A stretch of 63,907 nucleotides of DNA, the filler included, from Thraustochytrium aureum (taxonomy: Eukaryota), in NCBI GenBank assembly GCA_012862495.1. It is 5 parts of 3 records of this genome, joined end to end, with 100 filler letters (N's around TTAATTAATTAA, not from the genome) between each part and the next. Parts side by side here need not be neighbours in the genome. Positions count along the whole stretch, not along the records: positions 1 to 29,703 come from BLSG01000085.1; 4 more parts are not named here. One strand, written 5' to 3'. Positions 11,313 to 21,826 of the stretch are shown here, piece after piece. The notes under the pieces were generated by a model. That model had not been told where the DNA came from and did no database searches. It saw only the letters and a program-made list of their open reading frames with translations. A program made the position numbers and the translations under genes. Positions within the stretch are counted from its first letter, which is position 1; the number at the start of each line of letters is the position of its first letter.

Positions 11313-13493
11313 ATGTCCCTCGCCGCCGGGGCGCCCCGGAAGCCCGGGAGCACCGGGAGCGGCGGCGGACACCTGCACCGGTCGCTCCAGAGGTTGAGCC
11401 TGCGCAAGCGCGCGAGCACGACGGATAGCACTGCGTCGATGGGCGACCCGTCAAGCCGGTCGTACGCGAGCAGCGCAGAGGACGAGGAGACGGTGTTCCA
11501 GCCGTTCTTGGACGGCCCAGCGGTGCACAAAAAGTGCGTGGTAAGCATCGACTTTGGGACGACAAACAGCGGCTCCGCGTACGCGATGACAGCAGACAAG
11601 AAGATCCGCGTGCTGCGCAAAAAAGAACCGACGTGCGTTTTGTTCAAGAAGAAGGACCACACCCTGGTGGAGTTCGGGCTGGCTGCGCGAGACCTTTACC
11701 GGAAGGCGCAGGCCGGCCACGAGCTGCTGACCAAGTTTTCGGCTTCGCAGCAGACGCGCTGGGAGGACGACTTTGTGTACATTGACCAGGACGTCAAGAT
11801 GCAGCTGCACAAGCACGAGAGGGGGACTTCGCTGAGCGAGCGCAGCGTGTGTGGGATCACGTACGGCGCGATCGTATCGGCGATCTTGCGGCGAATCAAA
11901 GAGCAGGCGCTGGAGAAAATCGCGACCGACCGGCGCGTGCGGCTAGAGCCCAGTGAGATCCTGTGGGTCCTCACCGTGCCGTCCATCTGGCGCGAGTCGG
12001 ACAAGCAGTTCATGCGGCGCGCCGCCTGGGAGGCTGGCCTAATCGACAACGAATTCTCCGGCGACGTCGTGATCGCTCTTGAGAGCGAGTGCGCCGCGGT
12101 GTGGGCCGAGTTTACGCTGTCCTCCTCCTCACCGCGCTCGCGCCGCCGGGGCGCCGGCTTTGACCTGGTCGCAGCGGACAAAGCCGAGGAGCCAATACTC
12201 TCGGAAGGCGACCGCGTGCTGTGCTTGGACTGCGGGGGCGGCACGGTGGATATCAGCGCGATCCGGATCGTGCGCGCGCAACGCGAGGACACGGGCGAGT
12301 CTGAGCTGCGGATGACCCAGCTGCTCGTTGCAGAGGGCATCCCAACGGGGGCGCAAAACATTGACCTCCGCTTTCGCAAGGTCATGCAGCGGCTTCTTGG
12401 TCCGAAGCAGTTCGAGCAGGTCTGGTCACAGCCCGATACGCGCATGGAGCTGCAGGACGGGTGGGAGAGGATCAAGTTGTCCGTGACTCCGGACGACTTT
12501 ACCACAAAGGTCAAAAGCAAGCCCAAAACGCTCAACTTGGAGCTCACCCTGTCCGAGCTGAATGAGCGGCTCCCGGCGTTGGTGGCCGCCTATAACGAGT
12601 CGGAAATCAAGCGCTACGAGAGCCGTTCGGAAAACTCGAGCAAGAAGCACGGCAAGCCACCGCAGCTCCGAATCAAAAAGGGAGCGATCTTGTCGTCGCG
12701 AAACTCGACGACTCTGATCTTCTCCAGCCCGATGCTGCACTATTTCTTCGACGCGGTCGTCAACACGATTATAAATCGCACACATGGCGTGTACTCCAAG
12801 CTGACCAGTGGTGGTGAGAACGTAGAGCACTTGATCCTTTATGGGGGGCTGGGAAGCTGCAGTTACTTGCAGCACCAGGTGAGACAGAAATTCAGCAAAG
12901 ACCTCAAGGTCCACACTCCGGCGGGCGGCAACCTTGCGGTAATGAAGGGTGCCGTCAAGTACGGCATGTTCCCGCGTGTTATCAACTCGCGCCGGGCGCG
13001 CATGACGGTTGGGGTCAAGGTGACGATGCCCTTTCTGCGCGGAAAGCACAACAAGCAGCCGCACATCAGCCACAAGGAGTACGACAACGACCGCCGCGAG
13101 TACTTTATCCGCGACTGCTTCAAGACCTTTGTGGTGCGAGGCCAGCTAGTTGATACGACGGAGATGTACAAGCACACCTTTGCGCCGGCCTCGAAGAACA
13201 AGGACACGATCAAATTCGACATTTATGCCTCGACAGCCAAAAAGGTCGAGTACGTCACCGAGCCGGGCTGCATCAAGCTGGCCAAGATCGTGGTTCCGAT
13301 CGAGCGCGGCTCGATGCGCAACGTCACGCTCGCGCTCAGCTTTGGCTACACGGAGATCCGCGCCCACATCCTCGACGACCAGGGCAACGAGGTGCGCGAG
13401 GTGCCCTTGCACTTTGACCATGTTGGCGAGAATGCGATCATTTCCGAGCAGGAGTTGCAGCTAGCGGACCAGGAGATCGAGTCGCAGCTGTGA
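11313..13493 (+). CDS. Atypical Hsp70, HSPA12-like
   Basis: VVSIDFGTTNSGSAY, WVLTVPSIW...KQFMRRAAWEAGL, IALESECAA, LDCGGGTVDI, AVMKGAV.YG and FGYTEI match the HSPA12 subfamily pattern. True start uncertain because of the upstream gap. Confidence 0.88.
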   Translation: MSLAAGAPRKPGSTGSGGGHLHRSLQRLSLRKRASTTDSTASMGDPSSRSYASSAEDEETVFQPFLDGPAVHKKCVVSIDFGTTNSGSAYAMTADKKIRVLRKKEPTCVLFKKKDHTLVEFGLAARDLYRKAQAGHELLTKFSASQQTRWEDDFVYIDQDVKMQLHKHERGTSLSERSVCGITYGAIVSAILRRIKEQALEKIATDRRVRLEPSEILWVLTVPSIWRESDKQFMRRAAWEAGLIDNEFSGDVVIALESECAAVWAEFTLSSSSPRSRRRGAGFDLVAADKAEEPILSEGDRVLCLDCGGGTVDISAIRIVRAQREDTGESELRMTQLLVAEGIPTGAQNIDLRFRKVMQRLLGPKQFEQVWSQPDTRMELQDGWERIKLSVTPDDFTTKVKSKPKTLNLELTLSELNERLPALVAAYNESEIKRYESRSENSSKKHGKPPQLRIKKGAILSSRNSTTLIFSSPMLHYFFDAVVNTIINRTHGVYSKLTSGGENVEHLILYGGLGSCSYLQHQVRQKFSKDLKVHTPAGGNLAVMKGAVKYGMFPRVINSRRARMTVGVKVTMPFLRGKHNKQPHISHKEYDNDRREYFIRDCFKTFVVRGQLVDTTEMYKHTFAPASKNKDTIKFDIYASTAKKVEYVTEPGCIKLAKIVVPIERGSMRNVTLALSFGYTEIRAHILDDQGNEVREVPLHFDHVGENAIISEQELQLADQEIESQL

Positions 13494-13670
13494 GCCTCTA
13501 CAAACACGATGTTCCATAAGAAAAACGATGTATTCATGTGGTTAATAGACTGGGCGAGGCCCTCGCTGCTCTACGGGAGGCGGAGGGCGCGGCCGCCAAG
13601 AGCAGCGTAACAACCCAACCACCAAAGGCACTTCGATGTCGCGCAACTTGTAAACGCAAGACGGACCGAC

Positions 13671-13754
13671 GCGACAACCGCGGCGCGACAACCGCGGCGC
13701 GACAACCGCGGCGCGACAACCGCGGCGCGACAACCGCGGCGCGACAACCGCGGC
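13671..13754. repeat. Minisatellite (GCGACAACCGCGGC)x6
   Basis: Six perfect 14-bp copies read directly from the sequence. Confidence 0.95.
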
Positions 13755-14080
13755 GCAGGGGGGGGGGCGCGGGCGCTGCAAACGCGTTCTCGACCGAGAA
13801 CGGCAAAACGCTTGCCCGCTCGCTTGGGGACTGGGTGGCCAGCGTCTCTCCGAAATGCGATCGAGTTGCACAGCAGGGCGGAGTCGAGCAGCAACGCAGC
13901 GGCAGTGGGGGGCACTGCTAGCTCTCTCTAGAGAGAGAGAGCGCTCTAGCTCTAGTCGAGCAGAGTTTGCACGACCCGTTCGCGAATCATCCATCGGTGG
14001 TAGCGCCAAGGAAACAAATGCAACACATCCATTATCTGGTTTGCTGGGAAGACCACCCCCTTGGCCAAGAAACGTCGACT

Positions 14081-14164
14081 CTGCCGTGCGCAAGGGGCAA
14101 AGGGTAACAGGTGTCCTGGGATCTGCCGTGCGCAAGGGGCAAAGGGTAAAAGGCGTCCTGGGAT
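14081..14164. repeat. Tandem duplication of a 42-bp unit
   Basis: CTGCCGTGCGCAAGGGGCAAAGGGTAA(C/A)AGG(T/C)GTCCTGGGAT twice, with 2 mismatches. Confidence 0.9.
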
Positions 14165-14205
14165 TTCGCACAGAGCCCGACATGACATACCTGCGGGCGG
14201 TCTGC

Positions 14206-14471
14206 TCAGCGCTCCATCTCCTCGAGGGTCGGGGGCGCCACGGCGGTCGCGAGCGTTCTTCTTCTTCTTCTTGTCCGAGTTGTCGCAGCAAAAGCAGAAC
14301 ACGGTGAAGCAGATGGCCGGGATGCAAGGGATGGTTGCACCGCAGGCGTAGCAATCGCAGCACTTGCACTCACAGATGCCGCGCGAGTCCTCAAAGAAGG
14401 CAAAGTCCAGCTGCAACACGGCGGCGACGAGCGCAACCTTGGAGATTTCGTCGAGCTCCCGGGAAAACTCG
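14206..14471 (-). CDS. Phospholipid scramblase-like protein, C-terminal fragment with Cys-rich tail (rest in gap)
   Basis: EFSRELDEISKVALVAAVLQLDFAFFE resembles the scramblase terminal helix (F..DLD..KA..LGA..LIDF.FFE), followed by CECKCCDCYACG...FCFCC. The stop is uncertain: 14206 if there is a frameshift into ..APPTLEEMER*, otherwise 13952. Confidence 0.55.
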
Positions 14472-16550
14472 NNNNNNNNNNNNNNNNNNNNNNNNNNNNN
14501 NNNNNNNNNNNNNNNNNNNNNNNNNNNNNNNNNNNNNNNNNNNNNNNNNNNNNNNNNNNNNNNNNNNNNNNNNNNNNNNNNNNNNNNNNNNNNNNNNNNN
14601 NNNNNNNNNNNNNNNNNNNNNNNNNNNNNNNNNNNNNNNNNNNNNNNNNNNNNNNNNNNNNNNNNNNNNNNNNNNNNNNNNNNNNNNNNNNNNNNNNNNN
14701 NNNNNNNNNNNNNNNNNNNNNNNNNNNNNNNNNNNNNNNNNNNNNNNNNNNNNNNNNNNNNNNNNNNNNNNNNNNNNNNNNNNNNNNNNNNNNNNNNNNN
14801 NNNNNNNNNNNNNNNNNNNNNNNNNNNNNNNNNNNNNNNNNNNNNNNNNNNNNNNNNNNNNNNNNNNNNNNNNNNNNNNNNNNNNNNNNNNNNNNNNNNN
14901 NNNNNNNNNNNNNNNNNNNNNNNNNNNNNNNNNNNNNNNNNNNNNNNNNNNNNNNNNNNNNNNNNNNNNNNNNNNNNNNNNNNNNNNNNNNNNNNNNNNN
15001 NNNNNNNNNNNNNNNNNNNNNNNNNNNNNNNNNNNNNNNNNNNNNNNNNNNNNNNNNNNNNNNNNNNNNNNNNNNNNNNNNNNNNNNNNNNNNNNNNNNN
15101 NNNNNNNNNNNNNNNNNNNNNNNNNNNNNNNNNNNNNNNNNNNNNNNNNNNNNNNNNNNNNNNNNNNNNNNNNNNNNNNNNNNNNNNNNNNNNNNNNNNN
15201 NNNNNNNNNNNNNNNNNNNNNNNNNAAAACGATTTCCACCGGGGATAGAGGGGGCGGGACTACTCAAGAGCGAGAGCGGGCGAGGGAGTGGCGACGGGCA
15301 GAATGGGCTTGCTCTAGCAGAGACTCCGGTGCGCTCTTGAACAGTGCCGCTCCCTGGGCCCCTCTAAGGAGAAAGGGGAATCGACGCAGATTCTTCTTCT
15401 CTCGAAGTCGCTCTCGTTGCCGGTGTGTTGGGGTTTTGTGGCCTGCCAGCAAGCACAGGTGGGCTTCAGGCGCAGTGACACCTGACCTCTCAAGAGTCGG
15501 CTCAAGAGTAGGCTCAAGGGTCCGGCTTTCTCGGCTCCTGCGAGAGAGCGAGTCCATTCCCTCGAACCGTACAACACACCAAAAAAGCAACCTGAGCCAG
15601 CGTGATTGGGAGTTTGTTCATCGGGTTGAGAGCACGTTGCTTGTGAGGGAGACGCGTGTCGTGTGCAGGGTACACACCGTGGGAAGGGTTTCCTTGAATA
15701 TCCGTCCTCGGGAAACGATGCGACAGAAACGTGCGCTGGGTCTGGTATGGTTTCGCCTGCGTGCACGTGGTCTTGTGCGGCATGTGCACTGGTGTGCGGG
15801 GTGTGCGTGAGGTCAGTCGAGGCAGCCATGTCTTGTACGGCACAAGAGCACGTATCACACAGATTAAANNNNNNNNNNNNNNNNNNNNNNNNNNNNNNNN
15901 NNNNNNNNNNNNNNNNNNNNNNNNNNNNNNNNNNNNNNNNNNNNNNNNNNNNNNNNNNNNNNNNNNNNNNNNNNNNNNNNNNNNNNNNNNNNNNNNNNNN
16001 NNNNNNNNNNNNNNNNNNNNNNNNNNNNNNNNNNNNNNNNNNNNNNNNNNNNNNNNNNNNNNNNNNNNNNNNNNNNNNNNNNNNNNNNNNNNNNNNNNNN
16101 NNNNNNNNNNNNNNNNNNNNNNNNNNNNNNNNNNNNNNNNNNNNNNNNNNNNNNNNNNNNNNNNNNNNNNNNNNNNNNNNNNNNNNNNNNNNNNNNNNNN
16201 NNNNNNNNNNNNNNNNNNNNNNNNNNNNNNNNNNNNNNNNNNNNNNNNNNNNNNNNNNNNNNNNNNNNNNNNNNNNNNNNNNNNNNNNNNNNNNNNNNNN
16301 NNNNNNNNNNNNNNNNNNNNNNNNNNNNNNNNNNNNNNNNNNNNNNNNNNNNNNNNNNNNNNNNNNNNNNNNNNNNNNNNNNNNNNNNNNNNNNNNNNNN
16401 NNNNNNNNNNNNNNNNNNNNNNNNNNNNNNNNNNNNNNNNNNNNNNNNNNNNNNNNNNNNNNNNNNNNNNNNNNNNNNNNNNNNNNNNNNNNNNNNNNNN
16501 NNNNNNNNNNNNNNNNNNNNNNNNNNNNNNNNNNNNNNNNCCTGAACAAC

Positions 16551-16571
16551 CAGACAGACAGACAGAAAGGC

Positions 16572-16612
<41 letters not shown>
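16551..16612. repeat. (CAGA)n microsatellite
   Basis: Direct observation; it abuts an assembly gap. Confidence 0.9.
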
Positions 16613-16769
16613 GGCACTGGCAGACAAAGATGATGCAGACAAGGCCAGACGTTTCGCATGGTTAGTGAGGGTGGTTTCGGTTGAGCAAGCGCACATCAGA
16701 GGCAGGGCGGCCCCCCATTGTTTTTCCTTTCCGGTCGCCCTCCCGCCCGCAGGCAGACGGACGCGAAGC

Positions 16770-16862
16770 CTCTCCAAGTCGCTCGCCCTCTCCAATTCGC
16801 TCGCCCTGTCCGAGTCGCTCGCCCTCTCGAGTCGCTCGCCCTCTCGAGTCGCTCGCCCTCTC
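16770..16862. repeat. 17-18 bp tandem repeat (CTCTC(C)GAGTCGCTCGCC-like) x5 upstream of phosphagen kinase
   Basis: Five imperfect copies read directly. Confidence 0.8.
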
Positions 16863-17014
16863 GCTCGCTCTCTCGGTCGCTCACCCTCTCACTTGCTATC
16901 TCTCGCTCGGCGGCATCCGCTGATGACATCCATTTGCAGCAGAGCCCGAAAGCAGAGCAGGGCAGAGCAAGCGAAGCGGCGTGGGCAGAGACTTGATCGG
17001 AAAGGAACGGCAAG

Positions 17015-18508
17015 ATGTTTTCTCGCACGATGAATGCCGGACGCAGCCTGCTGCGCACTGGCGCGCGCAACAACGGCAAGCTGCTGGCCGCCGGCGCCCT
17101 GACCGCGACCGCCGCGACCGTCGTGGCCGTCCAGCCCGCGGCGACCCAGGGCGTCTTCGAGGACCTGAGCGCGCGCGTGGCCAAGCTCGAGGCGATCGCC
17201 GACAAGAACGACATCGTGGAGCGCATCAAGGCCATCAAGTCCAAGTTCCCGGACAACCTGATGGCCAAACACTTTGACCCGACCTACTTTTACTCGCTGG
17301 CCCCCGAGCTGCAGAAGCGCATGGTGCAGATCTGCCGCAGCGGCGCCGACAACGCCGACTCTGGCCTCGGCGCCTACGCGATGCAGCCGGACGACTACGA
17401 GACCTTTGCCGAGTTCTTCGACCCGCTGATCCGCGACTACCACCGCGCCAGCGGCGACAGCGTGCACATCACCGACTGGGACGCCTCGGACGTGGGCGAG
17501 AACGGCGTGCTCGACGTCACCAAGCTCGGCCTGAGCGAGCTGTCGATGCGCGTGCGCGTCGGACGCAACCTGGCCAGCTTTAGCCTGCCGGGCTCCATGG
17601 ACAAGGAGGAGCGCATCCGCTTCGAGAAGACCATGCTCAAGGCCTTCAACAAGCTCATCGAGATGCCCGAGTACGGCGGCAAGGTCTACTCGCTCACGCC
17701 CGACTTTGGGCCCAACGAGGCCAACCCGAACCTGATCTCGGCCGAAAAGTACAAGGAGCTCATCGACGCGCACATCATGTTCAAGGACATGGCCGCCGAC
17801 ACCTACCTCGCGAGCGCCGGCATCGCCAGCGACTGGCCCTACGGCCGCGGCTGCTACGTGTCGGACGACCGCCAGTTCATCGTGTGGTTCGGCGAGGAGG
17901 ACCAGCTGCGCATCATGTGCATGAAGAAGGGCACCAAGCTGAACGAGGTCTTCGACCGCCTGCGCAACGGCCTGCAGGTCGTCGAGTCCATTGACGGCAT
18001 CGAGTTCGCCACCTCCAAAAAGTACGGCTACGTCACCTCGTGCCCGACCAACCTGGGCACCGGCATGCGCGCCTCGGTGCACATCAAGGTCCCCAACCTC
18101 ACCGCCGACGGCACGGATNNNNNNNNNNNNNNNNNNNNNNNNNNNNNNNNNNNNNNNNNNNNNNNNNNNNNNNNNNNNNNNNNNNNNNNNNNNNNNNNNN
18201 NNNNNNNNNNNNNNNNNNNNNNNNNNNNNNNNNNNNNNNNNNNNNNNNNNNNNNNNNNNNNNNNNNNNNNNNNNNNNNNNNNNNNNNNNNNNNNNNNNNN
18301 NNNNNNNNNNNNNNNNNNNNNNNNNNNNNNNNNNNNNNNNNNNNNNNNNGTCGGCGGCGAGCACACCCCGATTGGCGCCGACGGCACCATCGACATCTCG
18401 CCGTCCGCCCGCCTCTTCATCAAGGAGAAGGAGATCATCGCAGCGCTCTACAAGGGCATCGAGCTCCTCATGATCGAGGAGCAGAAGGCCGGCGCCGCCA
18501 AGCTTTAG
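17015..18508 (+). CDS. ATP:guanido phosphotransferase (phosphagen kinase) with probable mitochondrial presequence; internal gap
   Basis: SGADNADSGLGAYA, RVRVGRNL, WPYGRG, WFGEEDQLRI, CPTNLGTGMRASVH, GGEHT, DISPSARL. The N-terminus is Arg/Ala-rich and lacks acidic residues. Codon bias is strongly C/G-ending. Confidence 0.95.
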   Translation: MFSRTMNAGRSLLRTGARNNGKLLAAGALTATAATVVAVQPAATQGVFEDLSARVAKLEAIADKNDIVERIKAIKSKFPDNLMAKHFDPTYFYSLAPELQKRMVQICRSGADNADSGLGAYAMQPDDYETFAEFFDPLIRDYHRASGDSVHITDWDASDVGENGVLDVTKLGLSELSMRVRVGRNLASFSLPGSMDKEERIRFEKTMLKAFNKLIEMPEYGGKVYSLTPDFGPNEANPNLISAEKYKELIDAHIMFKDMAADTYLASAGIASDWPYGRGCYVSDDRQFIVWFGEEDQLRIMCMKKGTKLNEVFDRLRNGLQVVESIDGIEFATSKKYGYVTSCPTNLGTGMRASVHIKVPNLTADGTDXXXXXXXXXXXXXXXXXXXXXXXXXXXXXXXXXXXXXXXXXXXXXXXXXXXXXXXXXXXXXXXXXXXXXXXXXXXXXVGGEHTPIGADGTIDISPSARLFIKEKEIIAALYKGIELLMIEEQKAGAAKL

Positions 18509-19398
18509 AGTACCACTACACCAGCCCCAAATCGCAGGCTCGGCTCGGCGTTTCTCACGAGGCGACAAGCGACCTCGCGCATCGTTGAACAAAGGCATCC
18601 CGACGACGAACCCCACTGAACGTTCGATCGTGAGTCGCCGCGGCGGCTGCGAACGCGCCCGACGGAGAAAGCGCCGCAAGTCTAGGCCAAGCTGCGTTTC
18701 ACAGCAGGACGAGCCCCGCCATGAACAGTCGTTCCAAGTCGAAACTCGTTGTCGTTCTTTCTTGAGCTCTATCGCGAACCGCCGCGGCGGCTGCGAGCCC
18801 ACAAAGCACCCCGCGTGCATGCAGAACTGCATGCGTTCCAGAAGTTGCCCGCAGAGCGCAGAGAGTCTGTCGTTTCAAAAGTCAACTCCTCGCTGTAGTT
18901 GAAAAGTCCAAACACTCGACTCGTTGTTGTTCTTGATTGAAATGAGCCGATCGTGAACCGCCGCGGCGGATGCCAATCTAGGTATCTGCGTTTCAGGACT
19001 CGCGTCATTTTATTTCGAAAGCCTTTTCCTATGATCGATCGGGCGCTGCGTGTGCCCGGCTTGCAGATGCTGGCGAGCGGCCGTCGTGGCTGGTTTGTGC
19101 ATGGATGCGGCCGCTTTGTGCGTTTGCAGGTCGACCAGCAGCGCGACTCGACTCGACTCGATTGGAGAAGAGTGCTTGACAAGGTGGTGCTTGCTAGCTC
19201 CACGGCAGAGACTGGCATCGTTGATTGTGCTCCAGCGAGAACGAGGGAACAACTATGCAGCTGCGGCATGGGGACGGTGCTAGAGATACTGGCGTGATAC
19301 GACGAGTTGGCCTGGCGTGGCGCACTGCTCGTGCGCGCAATAGCCGGGCGACGCGGTTTTTACCAACCTCGCGCTCGCCTGCAAGAGCTGGCAGATTC

Positions 19399-21317
19399 TC
19401 AAGCGGCACGCCTCGTCGCTGGCCAAGTGAGCAGCAATTCCTGAATGCTCTGCTCGGTCGAGCGCGTGGTTGGGTGGTTTTCGCCGAAAAGTTTCACGTA
19501 CCCCTTCAACACGGCCGTGAACATCTCAAGGGATGTCTCATAGTCACCCAAGGCACGTAGTGTGTGAGCGATGTTGTTCATCGCCGAGAGCGTGAGGGAG
19601 TGCTCCTCGCCAAGCTGCTCCTGCCTGTTCAGCAACACGCTCCTAAACGTTTCAAGCGCCAAGTCCAAGTCGCCCTTGAGCAGCAAAGCCGAGGCCATGT
19701 TGTTCATAATCGTGAGAGTGGTGGGGTGCTTTTCGCCGAGCGCCCTTCGCGCGGTCTCGAGTAACGGCCCGGCAATCTTTAGTGCCTTCACGTAGTCGCC
19801 CTTGGCGTACAATACTCCAACGATGCTATTGCTCGTCTCGATCGTGTAGATGTGATCTGGACCGAGGGCAACGTTTCGCACCTCGAGGACTCGCCATAAG
19901 ATCTCAAGTGCCGCATCGTATTCGCCTTTGTTGTACAAAACTCCAGCCACGTTGTTCTGCGCTTTGAGCGTGCCGTCGTGAGTCTCGCCACGCTGCTTGG
20001 TGTGCGCCTCGACCACGGTTTTGTAGATTTTGAGCGCTTCATCGTAATCCCCTGTGTCGTCCAACAGTAATCCAATGTTGTGCAGCGTTGCGATGGTGTG
20101 AAGATGGTGCTCGCCGAGCTCGCGAGTTCTAATTTCCAGGGCCTGCTGGTACTTGATCATAGCAGCCTCAAAGAACCCCTGGTCCCTCAGGAGCCACCCG
20201 GTATGATACAGCATGCGTGCGCTCGCAAGACCTGGACCCTTGTTTTGGAGCCAGTCCTGGGACACTCGCTCCGCAGTCTCGCGGAGCCACCATCGTAGCT
20301 CAGCAAGAATTGCGCCGTTCACTCGCGCGAACTTGCCCTCGCGTTGCTCGACGGCTCGGATAATCTCCTCTCTGTCCTCCGCCGCAAAGCAGTCGGCCTT
20401 GCGGAGGTCAAACTCTGCCAGCGTTTTGGTGAGAACCTCGGGCGAGCCATCCAGAAGCGTCTGTGCAAAGCGGCCGTCCTCCCCAGGGATGAAAATGAGC
20501 TGGAGGGGCTTGCCGCATTCGACTGCGCCAAAAACTTCCCAGACGCACCAGATTCGCGTGAGGCACAAAGGAGCAGCCCACGAGTCGAAGAAGATGACTC
20601 GCTCCTCGAAGCGGTCGAGCGCAACATGCAGCCCCTCACTTAGCAGTCGGCAGCGCTCCTGGTAGAAGAGCGAGGACGTGTCGGTCAGCCTCGGCTGGTT
20701 GGCGCAAAAGACGTCGAGCCAAACGAACTGGTCCTTGTACGAGACCGTGCGATCGTCGCACCATTTCGTCAGCGCAGCGACGAGATCGCCAAACTTGCAT
20801 TTACGTGCCTGGCTCACGAAGGCGCCCTGGAACGGCGCGCCAACCTCGCCAGCCTCCTCGTCAAGGATTTCCAAGTAGAACGCGGTTTGCGGCCTCGTGG
20901 CTGGCAGGACCACGTACTCGCAGACGTGCTCCGTGGCCCAGTCCTTGCGTTCCAAGGGCTGGCGTTGTCCTCGCTGAACCGGACGAGGTCTTTCACGTAG
21001 GGGACGCGTCCCTCGAGCGTGCCGTCACTGTGCGACCGCTCCAGCTTGGCGGTCGAGCCGCTTTGCAGTTCGTAGAGCTGGCAGCCCGGCGCGAGTTTGC
21101 CACGAAGCACGTCGCGGTAGAGTCCAACAAGCGCTGCAACGCTCACACCTCGGTACCGCACAATATCGTTGCTGAGCTCGTCGACAGGCGATTCCACGGC
21201 TCCGCTCGCGTCCGGCGCGCCCCTTCCCACGTTCGCCTTGAGGCTCTTGCGCTTCAGCACGCGTCTGAGGCTGGCCCGCGCCATAGCGCCGAGGTTGCTG
21301 CTGCGCTTGTCGTCCAT
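19399..21317 (-). CDS. TPR (kinesin-light-chain/NPHP3-type 42-aa repeats) protein with N-terminal HET-like domain; frameshift near 20957
   Basis: About six repeats of the type LGEEHSLTLSAMNNIA. The N-terminal domain has FVSQAR, FVWLDVFCANQ and LTRIWCVWE. ORF 20814..21341 joins ORF 19399..20955 by one missing C in a C run. Confidence 0.8.
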
Positions 21318-21826
21318 CGATCGATCTCGCCCGCCTTCCACAGCAACTCGCGACAGACCTGTGCAGCGACCGACATGGGGCTCTGCTCGTCAACTTGGCT
21401 TCACCCTGCCGACTCCTCGTGAGTCCCGCGCCCGCGATCGTCGATGATCTCCATCATTCAATTGAAAGTTCATCATCGCGTCCATTCTCATGGCAACGAG
21501 CAGAGCCCTTAAGACGCCTTTTTTTTTTTTTCGTCTTTCCTTCTTTTTTTCATCAATCAATTGGGATCAAAGTGTGTTCACTCTGTGAAGGGGACAAGGT
21601 GCACGAGAAGCAGAGCCCAATTGAGCGAGCGAGCGAGGGAGGAGGAGGAGGAGGCGCAGGCAGGCACGCAGGCAGGCAGGCACTGGGAGCTGCGCGCACG
21701 GAGCCCCGGCACCGGAGGCGGTAGTTTAGGGGCGCTGCGCTCGGCTTGCGGGGCTCGTGGCTTGCCCGCTCCGTTTTGGTGGCGGAGCGTGTCGCTGGCT
21801 GCACCTCCGGTTGGGACGGCGCGAAA

